DNA of 64,000 nucleotides, taken from Octopus sinensis. Lineage: Eukaryota. Both the position numbers and the translations under genes were made by a program. The DNA is taken from contig NC_043002.1 in assembly GCF_006345805.1 (NCBI RefSeq), positions 48,174,001 through 48,238,000 of the forward strand, written 5' to 3'. This document shows positions 52,609-64,000 of this stretch, piece by piece; position 1 is the first letter of the stretch; the number at the start of each line of letters is the position of its first letter. The notes under the pieces are model-generated. The model was given only the letters and a program-made list of their open reading frames with translations. It made no database searches and had not been told where the DNA came from.

Positions 52609-52952
52609 ATATATATATAAATGACCAGCTGCTTTCACTTTTCGTCTATCAAATCCATTTACAAAGCTTTAGTCGGTTCAAGGCTATAGTAGAAAACACT
52701 AGCCCAAGTTGCCACGCAGTGGAACTAAACCTGCCGAAATTGCGAAGATAATATGGTACTTGACTGAGGAAAGAATACTTCGAATGACCCGTCCTGGTTT
52801 TCTTTGTATCGTCTATCTGGATGTTTTGTTGTCCCATTTTTGTATCACCTAACTGTCCGGATGTTTTGCGTTCTTGCCCCATTTTGTATTATATATATAT
52901 ATATATATATAAATTGATCAAAATAAAATAAAAACATGATGCGAAGGATTCA

Positions 52953-53030
52953 GCGGTACATATGTTTCGGGCCTTTATTAGACAGATTTATAACAATGCA
53001 TAATGTATGTCTGTGGCCTTCTTCAGCCGC
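52953..53030 (-). ncRNA. Type I hammerhead ribozyme (inverted copy)
   Basis: Exact reverse complement of 55063-55140. Confidence 0.75.
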
Positions 53031-55062
53031 GCACAACTCCTGAACTCCTGAACATCTTGAAATTCAAAGACAAACACAATCTTATTAACAAAAGGTCAGA
53101 GTTCAAACCATCCTGTATACATAAACTTATTAATACTTTCAAATACTACAATGCTTAGGTCTTATACCAACTCCCCCATGCAATTTCCTCCCACCCGGTG
53201 CAACCTGTCGGCTCCAGCACATCCCGCTTTCCTATATGTGCGTGTGTATGTGTGTGTGTGTGTGTGTGCGTATGTATGTGCACATACGTGTACGTATGTG
53301 TACATATATATATACATGTACATGTGCGTGTGTGTGTGTGTGTGTGGGTGTGTGTATGTGCATATACGGTTCTCTGCATTTTCCTCCTATATATACAAAT
53401 TTTGTCTCCCATATATGACTTCTTTTCCCTAAATATTTCTTCTCCTACACCCATATCCTCCCTATGTAGTCTCTTTAATTCCCTATATCTATACCCTTTC
53501 ACATTTCTAACTCGGATGTTGAACGTACACCGCCAAACTCCACTTCCCACCCTTCCAATTTTCAGTTCCCCCCGCCCGCCCCTACGTTTAACACACACCT
53601 CTAACTTTCAACCACCTTCATCTCATGTTAAACTTTACCAAATTATACTTTTATCTTATTTTATTTTATTTTTATTTTTATTTTTACTTTTATTTTTACT
53701 TTTATCCTACTTCCATTTATTTTTATTTTTAATTTTATTTTTACTTTTATTCTACTTCCATTTATTCTCATTTTTATTTTCATCCCTTACCTTAACTCTT
53801 ATAATTTTTATAACTCTTATATTTCATTTCTAACTATTACATTGTATTTCTTATTTTATACTGTATTTTTTATTTCTAATCTTCACCCTTACCCTCATTC
53901 TTACCCATAACTTATCGCTTTACACCTCTATATATGTTTATTTACTTACCTATGGATCCACTTTTTGACTATACGAGCGTCCGCGTACGTGTGTATGCGC
54001 ATACATACATATGCACGCGTATATATGTACATGCATACTTCGATATCTTATAGCTAGACCCATGTGCGCGTGTGTCTCTGTGTGTGTATATGAGTGTATA
54101 TGTGCACGCACATACGGACACACAGCCGTGTGTGCGTGCACGTATAGACATGAGTACGGGATTCTTTACATACGTTCTTATACACATCCTTTAATATCTT
54201 ATACCTAGACCTAGAGGCGTGGGCATATGCGTGTGTGTATGTAGTGATGGGCGCGCGTATATACATGTGAGTGTGTACGCGTATAATGTCCGTGTATACA
54301 TGCGGATATTCTGTTGTATGTATGTGTGTGTACGCGCGTGCGTGTGGGTGCGTGTGTGTTTATGTACGTGTTTACACGCGAGTGCGTGTGTATGCTTATA
54401 GGCTTGGAGGCGTATATGTACGCGTGTATGTGGGTGTATGTATCCATGATGATATGTATGTACTAGAAGTCCATTTAATTCAAGGAACCAGATTAAATGC
54501 TCATCAGCTCTGATTTACAACGCATTAGGTCCCCAGACGAAACTTGATTTACTGACAATTCTACAACTAAATTTTATCAATCTCCTGACCACCATGCTTG
54601 GTCCGTAACCTCTATACATCCCTTATCTTTACATTCTTTTACACTTTTATCATGTTTTTATCAGGTTTTTTTACTTTTATTTCTATTTCTATTTTTACTT
54701 TATAACCTTATGCCTTTACATTTATTTATATTTCTTTATATTTCTTTATACCCCCTTTACATCTCCTTACAACTCTTTATATCTTTATCCTCTACATTTT
54801 TATATTATTCTATACTTACACTTTTTATACATTTTTTATCCCTCGTCCCGAACTCTCGCCCCTCCATCTTCACCTCTATATATGTATTTATTTATTTACA
54901 TTACCTCAACATCCAATTTTCCTCATTCTACATTGAGAGAAGAAAGAGATGGACGCCTCAATTCTATGCTGCTGCCGCATTATGTCGTACGTGAATGAGA
55001 GGATTTGCATCCCCAACCAAGAATTTTTGATGTAACACATGTCCTTGTGGAAGCTGTTGTGC

Positions 55063-55140
55063 GCGGCTGAAGAAGGCCACAGACATACATTATGCATTGT
55101 TATAAATCTGTCTAATAAAGGCCCGAAACATATGTACCGC
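55063..55140 (+). ncRNA. Type I hammerhead ribozyme with an extended stem II
   Basis: GCGG-CTGAAGA-A-GGCC-(41 nt, incl. AGACA/TGTCT)-GGCC-C-GAAAC-ATAT-GTA-CCGC. Palindromic stem III (ACATATGT); A.C mismatch at the base of stem II. Confidence 0.75.
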
Positions 55141-56107
55141 TGAATCCTTCGCATCATGTTTTTATTTTATTTTGATCAATTTACTCCACCACCTACACCA
55201 CCAAACGGTATACACAGGTGCTTATAATTATCAAGTACTCACCCCGAATTTCTATATATATATATATATACATACGTGTGTGTGTGTATGTATGTGTGTG
55301 TAATTTTACCTATATTTCCATGAAGTTTACGTATATATATATATATATTATATATATATATATAAACAGTTGTGCACATCGTATTTATGTATGTGCATGT
55401 ATGTTTGTATGAATGTATATAATTTCAATTGTTTTACGTCTCTCTCATTCCGTTAAATATAAAATTTAATTCTAAGAATATTTCTCATTATTGTTAAATG
55501 AAAAACGTCAAATTTGTATTTCCCGTGTGTTAGTTATATAATTATTGTAAGAAATTGCCCCACGCAAGAATATATTTAATCTCTTATATTATTCATAATG
55601 CTTTTGCATGCTTTCATGAATATCTTTGATTAATGAGATTGCTTGTTGCTTCTGTTATGTTAGTAGAGAAGCCAAGTGCTCCTTTCGATAAATGCATAAG
55701 AAATGTATTGTTCACAATACTGGAGTAACATTTGTAAAAACATTTCCTGTAACCTTATCACCAATAAAGTAAATACTCGTTGAAACGCTAACAATCGCGT
55801 TGTTTCCTTAGGGTGTTAACATTAGCAACCATATTACTTTAAGTAAGACTCATTTTACCGGGGTTTATGAGCGAAGTTTTATGTGCTTCGATGTAACCAT
55901 TAAATTCTTGAGATTCAGCGCCTTTGTAATTAAAACAACTTGGAAACCTTCTGTAGGTTTATTCATTTTCAACATTAAGCAGTTACAGGGAAAAATAGTA
56001 TTTGTTTCGGCGAAAACACTATTTCTTAAAAATTGAAATGAATACGATAGTTATGAATTTGTCTCGAAAACAATAACATTTTTTAAAATGTTCAATGGAA
56101 GCTTATA

Positions 56108-56347
56108 GAAGGTAAAGGTAAAGTTACCTTCTCGAGTCATACCGTCTCATAGGGCCAATTTCCCGGTTTTCTGGCGTATATATTCTCTTACCCAGTCCGT
56201 CGCAGGATTACTCATTTTTGCCAGCTGACTGGACTGGACCAACATGAAGTGAAGTGTTTTGCTCAAGAACACAACGTGTCGCCCGGTCCAGGAATCGAAA
56301 GCACAATCTTACGATAATGAGTCCAACACCTTAACCACTAAGCCACG
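56108..56347 (-). mobile_element. tRNA-derived SINE (family-B-like head, different tail) with a 13-bp TSD
   Basis: Minus-strand head CGTGGCTTAGTGGTTAAGG...TTTCGATTCCTGGACCGGGC and TTTACC-repeat tail. TSD ATGGAAGCTTATA/ATAGAAGCTTATA. Confidence 0.8.
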
Positions 56348-56607
56348 ATAGAAGCTTATAACTACAGATATATTCCATTAACTCTGATATAGAAATACCA
56401 GGGCCTTTTTTGGCCGAATTAACAATTACAACGCTGACATAGTGCGTGCTCTTACTTAAGAGCTCCCTAACGACAACAGCAAAGCACACCAAAGACGGCA
56501 GCTGAGAGGAAAATAAATTGAAAAGAAGTAAGAAAAGGACTAGAATATAGATAAGTGGTATAAGATGCTAACATAACATTTACAATCTTCTGGACGATCT
56601 ATGATTT

Positions 56608-56765
56608 ATAGGCGCAGGCATAGCTGTCTGCTTAAGCAGTTGTTTGGAGTTTAGTCCCTCAGTTGATACTTTGGGCAAATATCTTTGTTATAGCCCCGAG
56701 CTGATCAATGCCTTATGAGTGAATGTGGTAGGCAGAAACTGTGTTGAAGCCTATCGTACACACAG
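56608..56765 (+). mobile_element. SINE family A, 5' half (split by a LINE insertion)
   Basis: TAGGCGCAGGCATAGCTGTC...GAAGCCTATCGTA; the 3' half resumes at ~59000. Confidence 0.65.
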
Positions 56766-56777
56766 TCACACATAATA

Positions 56778-58850
56778 TCATTATTCAATTTTATTTCAAG
56801 ATTTCTTGTCAATAGAGAAAGAGCTGGTTTCTAACCCAGATCCAAGGAACATTCTGTGGAATTTTAACAACACTAACAGGGTATTTTGCATGTATGTATG
56901 TACTTATATGTGCAGTATGTGGAGTCAGTGCATGTGCAGATTTGCATGTTTTGTTTTATGTATGCATGCTCATGCATATAGTTGTATATCTAGACATGCT
57001 CATATATACTTAAATGAAAAACCTCTGGAAAGTTTTACAGAATTTTTACAGTTCCAGTGATGGATTGGATCTGTAGTCTTCAAATCAGCTTTCTCCTTTT
57101 TGTTTTCGAGAAGCCTAATTTCTCTAGATTGGTACTTGGGCAGTGAGTTACATATCCCAGTGCTCCGTTAATTACCGGTATAAATCTGAACTTGTTATCT
57201 GTATAGAATGACTGTAGATTTCTTAATAGTACAGCGTACGTATTTTCTTACTCGCTGATCTTTAGCTTTAAGTTAATATCCGCTGGGTAGCTAATTTCCA
57301 CAACTGTGTACAGTTTCTCTTCTCTATCCCAAATCACTATGTCAGGTCTATTATGTTTACATCTTATTGAGGTTTTCACTGGGGCATTCCACCAGTACTC
57401 CTTATTATGAGTGGCTATGGCTTCTACCATACTGTTGGTTCTTATTTTTCTGTTCTCGGGGTTATTCTTCCGACGGATTTTATTACACAGTGTCTTAGAT
57501 ATGACATTATATCTCATCGGTAGATAATAACGTCATGCATTTTCGTACAACTGCTTATGATGTGGGTGATATCTTTGGTGTTAACTTCACAAAGTCTGTT
57601 TTTTTCTGCGTCTCTGTCCTTTTGAGTGTCAAATATTTGGTTGAAATTTTTTTGTTCCTGGATTGCAAACGCATACTCTTCAAAGTGGGAGTTAGTTATC
57701 CGGTTGTTGGTCCATGATAGATTGATTTGATGATCTACGTTACTATCATCCCGGAGCTTTCTACTAACATATCTATGCATGGTCTTCTGTTGATTTACGC
57801 TCATTCTTTCATCTGATGATACGTTGCGGTAGAGTCGTACGACTTCTTTCGGAATGTATTTAAGGTTATCCGACAAGGAATGCTGCTCAAGGAGCTGCTT
57901 TCCAAGTCTCATGATGTTATCAGCCTCATGTGTCCAAACTTTGTCAAGGGATGCACTTCGACACTTGGTAGTTTTGATGATGTTGCTGAAGGGATATGAT
58001 ACGATATTCAAAGGCAGTTGGATCGATGTTCAGCTTCTTTCACCTTTTTGTTTTAGGTAGAGGCTATCTACGTTGGTGTTGATGTAGAAATTATGTCTGC
58101 TAGTTAATATCTTCCAGGTTTTCACATCAATGGCTCGGATCCCATCAAATGTCCTATCAAGTAGCCTAAATATTGGCATGAGTACTTGCACTGCAAAGAC
58201 ATTGTCAGCCACTGTTTTATTGAATGCAAAGAATTCCGAAGTCCATATTTTCTTCATTCAGCTGTAATATTCTTAAGTGACCGAAAGATATGTTTTCATC
58301 CACCTCTAGGTACCTGTAACTTTCCTCATCGGATATATGGGAAACAGTTAAGTCATTGATGGAGATGCTGCTGGTCTGGTTTACAGTTTTCCTACTTTTC
58401 ACAACCATATAGCAACATTTATCCTAATCAAACTCCAATCCTATATCCTTTGAGAATGCTGTAACCAGGTCAAAACTCTTTTTCATCTCATGCATATTCT
58501 TGGCCTATAGTTTCAAGTCATCTATGGAGAAATGTTTGTAGTTCTGTTTCCTTTTGATTCAGTAAGACACCCTCCAGGTTTCCTTAATGTGAATGACAAG
58601 GAATTTTCAGAAAGTATAAACACCATCACAGAGAGGCTTTCCACTTGGAATATACCTCTGCGATACTTTATTCTATCAGTGATAATACAATTACTTCTTG
58701 TATTTAACTTCAAGATGGTGGCCCACGATGAAATCAGGTCAGCTATGCTCACTAGAACTTTAGCAAGTCGAAAGGCTTCTAACGTTCATGAGTGGGGGAC
58801 AGAGTTAAAGGCCTTCTTGTAGTCTATCCACATTGAAACTAGGTTCCCTC
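56778..58850 (-). mobile_element. Decayed R4/Dong-like non-LTR element (RT + restriction-like endonuclease)
   Basis: IKYRRGIFQVESLS (from GIFQGDSLS), ESYRYLEVDEN, RLC....DITHIISSC and KHNRPDIVIWDREEK...VVEISYP (PD-..E RLE motif). Confidence 0.85.
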
Positions 58851-58861
58851 TATGCTCCCAC

Positions 58862-58996
58862 ATGTATGTATGTATGTATGTATGTATGTATGTATGTATG
58901 TATGTATGTATGTATGTATGTATGTATGTATGTATGTATGTATGTATGTATGTATGTATGTATGTATGTATGTATGTATGTATGTATGTATGTATG
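58862..58996. repeat. (ATGT)n microsatellite, about 33 units
   Basis: Direct read. Similar runs at ~24442-24498, 34865-34935 and 62985-63040. Confidence 0.95.
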
Positions 58997-59213
58997 TGTG
59001 TGTGTCTTTGTATTTATGTTTGTACCGCACCATCACTGGACATTCGGTGTTGGTTTGTTTCCGCTCCCGTACCTAAGTTGTCCAGCAAAGGAGACCAATG
59101 TAATAAGTACTACACTTAAAAATAAGTCTTCGGCGCGATTTGTTTAACTAAACCCTTCAAGGAGGTCCCCCAGTATGGTCGCAGTCCAATCACTGAGACA
59201 AAAGTTATAAGAT
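58997..59213 (+). mobile_element. SINE family A, 3' half
   Basis: GGTGTTGGTTTGTTT...GAGACCAATGTAATAAGTAC...ATGGTCGCAGTCCAATCACTGAGACAA. Confidence 0.7.
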
Positions 59214-61522
59214 ATGTGTATTTAAAACCAAGAGTGAAAGAATTTGTTGTTATTTCTTGTTGATTTCGGCATGAACAGAGAAAGTTATAAAAACAGGAAG
59301 GTTTGAACAGTTTTCAGATTAATTTTGCGCACCAAATTATACAGAAACTAGCTCAGAATCATTCTCAGTATATGGTGAACAAGCAAACAACAGCAAATGC
59401 AACGGTTACTTTTGTATCGACGTACAAACATTCTACAACAGTATCAACTACAAAACGATTTACAACCTGCATCATTTGTAGGTTACCCATTAAATGTTGC
59501 TTCCTTCCTTATAAAAAATGAGAGCAAATACTTTCCTTTGATAAGAAAGCAAAGCAATCGCTGCCGAGAATATTTTATATTCGGTCGTTTATTTCTCTCC
59601 AACGTCTATGATTATTTGTCTTAATATATTGAATGAATACATCCTCGGAGCCACGATCGCAAATTATATTATTGCCCTGTCCCAAATTATTTTGTTAGTG
59701 ATAAGACAATCTATGCCAGTCACTTTAAAAGAATCTTGACCTAAAAGCAATACAATCACGTGACAACAGAACATAATTTAGCCAAGATAAATATTCATTT
59801 GAACAATAAATCATGGGTGGACTACATACCTGACAGAAGAACGACTATCAAAAGATTTTATATCATTCATGTCTCAGACAAAGAAAATAAAAATAACTTG
59901 GATAATGTATAAGGCCGTATATAGACATGGTAATGCCTTACCCAATAGAATTTTGTGTAGGTTATATCTGATAGCTTTTAATAAAAAATGAGGCTGGGAA
60001 ACAGCCCAACTTGCACAGAATGTGACCAAGATACATAACAAACTGTGCGGGCTGTAGTGGGGGAAAAGTTACTCCTGTGAACTTTAAATACTGTTAATTG
60101 TATGGTAAAATAATAAAATTGAAAACCTATTTCCAAGTAACATAGAACAAGTGTCCCCATGGTAAACATACTAATTCTGGCCAAAGTAACGAAATCAAGA
60201 ATATTAAATCTAATAAGAATCGATAATTAGCATAATTACAAAACAGCTAAACCATTCAAAGTTGTGTAAATAATATTTCCTAATTTGCTAATCTTAATTA
60301 TAAGCTAATTGGTTTAAGCCATTACTAAAATATAAATTGTAATGAATGAAAGGAATTAGAAGATTTTGAGAGACTCCTATTGACCTGCATATTGTAGAAT
60401 GTTTAGCTTAAGTCTAAGTATGTCCCTGGATGTGTGGAAAATCTCTTCAAGAGAAAATAAACTTTTAACAGACACTGGGTGAGTTGGGGTATAAGTATTT
60501 GGAATACTATATTTGAGTGATGATTTGAGATGAATTATTCATAAACAGGTGTAAAAACTTCTATCAACGATACATTTTGAAAACTATTACTTAGACAATT
60601 AGCATAGATGTCATCGAGTGTCATGGGGACACAATTTCTGTTTGAAGCAAATAATTTTGGAAGTTAATTTGTAAAAAATAATCAAATTAAGGACATTTTA
60701 TATAACAGTGAAACAAAGAGAAAACCGTACTACAAATGGGATGATGAGGAAATAATTGGTATGTCTTGAGAAATATGTTTCTAATCAAGAAATGTCAATA
60801 CATAGAAGTTTACATCATAGTGTTACATAATTTCGTAAGAATGATCAGTATATCATAATGACCTTTACAGAGTATGCCGTCATCGTCAACAGCCTACAGT
60901 TATCTACATACTATATTATAGTCATGATTCAAGGCCTTTATGTTGTGTTAATAGCTGTTTATTGAGTCAATGAAATATAATGTAATCAATGGAGTATAAT
61001 ATAACATCATAGCACGAATGTTTTACTAACACTACGGGCTGGAAGTCTTGTTCTGGTGTAAGTGGGCAAAATACCAATTAAGTTGTATAAATCTACCTCT
61101 GGAAACTTAATATTATAGGGATATTGAAATTAGAACATCAATCACTTGGAAACATAATTTATACTTTTGCACGTCTCCTCTTCTAATTTGAATGCTACAC
61201 GAAAGCCGTTGAAAAGAAGAATAATTACAGTCAGCCGATCCAGCATCTAGAACCGGCGTTAAGCAATATTTTATGTAATTGGTTGTATAATTTAATGCCT
61301 GTGAAAAGACAAAATATCAATAAAATGAAGAACTTGCATAACCGAATCGAATTCTTAAGTATTAAATTTATGCTCATCATTTGTGATGTATTTAGGGAAA
61401 TGCAAAGCTACTTTTACATTCTGAATACCAGAATGAGCATCATGAGTTTTAGAGAGTATTACCAAACACACATACACGCATGCACGCACGCACGCACGTA
61501 CACACACACACACACACACACG

Positions 61523-61561
<39 letters not shown>

Positions 61562-61683
61562 CACACACACACACATTAAAAAAACTGGAAAATTTGTATA
61601 TTTTTTATTTCATATTACACATGTTTCACAACAGTATAGGATATGCACTATGAATATATATATATATTATATATATATATATA

Positions 61684-61706
61684 TTCTTCTTCTTCTTCTT
61701 CTTCTT

Positions 61707-61736
<30 letters not shown>
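61684..61736. repeat. (TTC)n microsatellite
   Basis: Direct read. Confidence 0.95.
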
Positions 61737-61737
<1 letters not shown>

Positions 61738-61744
61738 GTAACCT

Positions 61745-61912
61745 TCCGTCGAGATCGACTTTGCCTTTCATCCTTTCGGGATCGATAAATTAAGTACTCA
61801 TGAAGCACTGGGTTCGATGTAATCACCAAGTCCCCTCCTCCCACAAATTCCAGGCCTTGTGCATATAGTAGAAAGGACTACTACTATTACTACTACTACT
61901 ATTACTACTATA
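61745..61912 (+). mobile_element. SINE family D, 3' part with (ACT/ATT)n tail
   Basis: GAGATCGACTTTGCCTTTCATCCTTTCGGGATCGATAAAT...GGCCTTGTGC. Confidence 0.7.
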
Positions 61913-62630
61913 GACATCGCACACTATACAATATGGTGAGGTTGCTGATTGAAGATGTTGTGTCTTCCGGGAGGTTGTACTGTTTGTCAAGTCACAACAA
62001 GGACCTCAGACAGTACTTTTCGCAATATGCCTGCAGTTCCAAGTAATGACGACTTTTGCAATACACCTAGATCGTAGGGTATTTCTAAAGTTTTCAGATG
62101 ATTATGCAGATTGGGTGGTACTGAACCCAATGCTCCGATGACAATAGGGATAATCTTTATGTTTCACTCTCGTAGCTGCCATTTCTTAGCGATCTCAATT
62201 CTCAAGTCTCCATATTTATCAACTTTTTCTCTTTCTTTCCTGATGATATGTTGATCTCCTGACACTGTCACGTCAATTATTAGGCTCTCGTGTTTGTCCC
62301 TCCTAAAGGTTGCTATATCCGGCTTTCGGAGCTCTAATACTTTCTCTCTTTGGAAGTCAAAGTTCCAGAGGACTTTTGCCCACCCCCTTTTCGTCCATTA
62401 TCTTTTCCGGTGTATGTTGGTATCAAGCACTCTTAACCTCAAGTCCATACTTACGGCATAGTAGCCGGTGGAAGTTTTGGGCTACCTTGTCGTGTCTACG
62501 CTTGTACTCTTTCTGCGCAAGACTTTCACAAGCTCTAACAATGTAAGTTACGCCTTCGACCCTCTTCCCACATATTTGCACTTGTGTGGTATATATTCTT
62601 TTTCACTGAGTTGGTATTCAATATCTGGTC
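61913..62630 (-). mobile_element. 5'-truncated R4/Dong-like element (RLE end) embedded in (TAA/TAG)n repeats
   Basis: Minus-strand remnants LAQKEYKRRHDKVAQNFHRLLCRKYGL, RKPDIA, IIDVTVSGD...KEREKVDKY.DL and LQKSSLLGTAGILRKVL. Trinucleotide repeats on both flanks. Confidence 0.85.
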
Positions 62631-62684
<54 letters not shown>

Positions 62685-62732
62685 TGTAATAATTATTATT
62701 ACTATTACTATTGTTGTTGTTGTTGTTGTTAT
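62631..62732. repeat. Compound (TAT)n-(GTT)n microsatellite
   Basis: Direct read. Confidence 0.95.
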
Positions 62733-62745
62733 CAAGATGGTGTTG

Positions 62746-62871
62746 TGTGGCAGAATCGTTACCACGGCGGGAAAAATACTTAGCAGCATTTCCTCCATCT
62801 TTACGTTCTGGGTTCAAATTCTGTCGAGACTGACTTTGTGTTTCATCCTTTCAAAGTCGATAAAATAAGTA
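62746..62871 (+). mobile_element. SINE family D, 5' part
   Basis: TGGCAGAATCGTTACCACGGCGGG...GGGTTCAAATT...GTCGATAAAATAAGTA. Confidence 0.7.
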
Positions 62872-64000
62872 ACGATTCAGCATTATATATGACTTTCATT
62901 AAACATAACTAAATATATAATTTGATTACTGGAATGTGCAAGCGTGCTTCACGAGGACACATTTTGGATTATAAATCCATCTATACATACATACATGCAT
63001 ACATACATACATACATACATACATACATACATACATACATACAAGGAATATGGTAAAAACAGATATTCGTTAGTTTTTAGTTCACAAAATAATTTCCAGG
63101 AAGTTTTGAACAATTACAGCAATAAAAATAGCATTATTTTCAGTTCCAGAACTACTTCGATTCGGAAACTCACTTTTAGTTTAAACTGTAACTGCATAAC
63201 AAGTGACCTTTGTGACTGAAGTATTCTCAATAACCAGCGAGAATATTGTCTAGCTATGAGAATTTTTAGATATCCAGAACTTATGGATCCAACTAAGCTT
63301 TCATTGAATTTGAATCAAGTTCCAGATTGCCAATAATTGCATATAATAGGCTTATTCAATGATAAATCTTGGTATTGAATACAGGAAATATGAGAATTTA
63401 ATTATCTTTTGCTTAATTTGCTTGATGATACTATAAACGATCTTAGCTGAAATATATTAATATTTATACATATACTATCCATTCATGACGCACATACTCT
63501 GAAATACACTTTTTCAATCATAGCAGCTGTCGGCCTATTATTTCATAACTAGGATTAATGCAGGAGAATAATTTGTTTCTTGATTCTATGAGACAGAGCT
63601 CACTTTATTATACCCATAAGGCTACAAATATTCCCGTTATAACATACAGAATATTAACAACCATGAATGATTAGAAAACAAAGATAATTTGGATATAGCA
63701 ATTTGTTATAGAATAAAGTTGTATTTTTTTTTGCAAAACATGTTTCCTTCATCAATTTTATTCTTTTATAGCATTCAATCATTTCCTTCTTTTCGCTTGA
63801 TATATTTTACGTTCAGTGACTGTGAAAAAAAATTGCGAAACTATTGAGCTCAATCGCTTGATGACAATACAAGAAGGAAAATAAAATGTAAAATGTAATA
63901 AACATTGACTTTTGTAGTTATAATTAAACACCTATCTATTGAACGTTCAGATTATTTTAAGAGAACATGATAATCTTTACGAATTTATTCATTTAATGCT

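Larger units (their letters stand above)
52911..55255 (+). mobile_element. 5'-truncated Penelope-like element: inverted partial pLTR, end of the GIY-YIG ORF, long simple-repeat 3' region, pLTR with hammerhead
   Basis: 52911-53037 is the exact reverse complement of 55056-55182. 53042-53158 encodes ELLNILKFKDKHNLINKRSEFKPSCIHKLINTFKYYNA* (LxNKRSE...CxH pattern). Flanked by (TA)n on both sides. Confidence 0.85.

Noticed and set aside
52770-52803. CTGAGGA-AAG-aata-CTT-CGAA hammerhead-like motif
   Set aside because: Core spacing and stem III do not fit, so it is kept only as a weak candidate.
53151-54513. Many overlapping ORFs such as MCVCV.../HTHT... here and throughout the window
   Set aside because: Translations of dinucleotide and tetranucleotide microsatellites that lack stop codons.
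54994-55033. SECIS-like ATGA...TGAT pairing in the PLE 3' region (some Naiad PLEs encode selenoproteins)
   Set aside because: The stem is short with several G.U pairs, lacks the canonical apical AA position, and no in-frame UGA is visible. SECISearch on a family consensus would be needed.

Overview
AT-rich, microsatellite-dense animal genomic DNA, most likely an octopus (inferred from the SINE/LINE repertoire, not proven). The only convincing host coding sequence is one minus-strand exon (22477-22945) encoding a signal peptide plus an agrin N-terminal (NtA) domain. It ends at a phase-1 GT donor, and no further exon is recognisable down to position 1, so 1-22476 is probably one large intron. 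The rest is transposon-derived: a near full-length, frameshifted RTE-clade LINE (~8.1-12.7 kb), an older RTE, two R4/Dong-like LINE remnants, mariner and hAT MITEs, and several tRNA-derived SINE families. Most notable is a set of Penelope-like element (PLE) derivatives, most of them at (TA)n runs, that carry minimal type I hammerhead ribozymes. These include a perfect 337-bp palindrome with two opposed hammerheads and a 2.3-kb element bounded by perfect 127-bp inverted repeats. A CpG-decay boundary near 14-15 kb looks like a fossil gene-body methylation edge. Repeat boundaries were read by eye and are approximate, and most ORFs in the supplied track are microsatellite or transposon noise.
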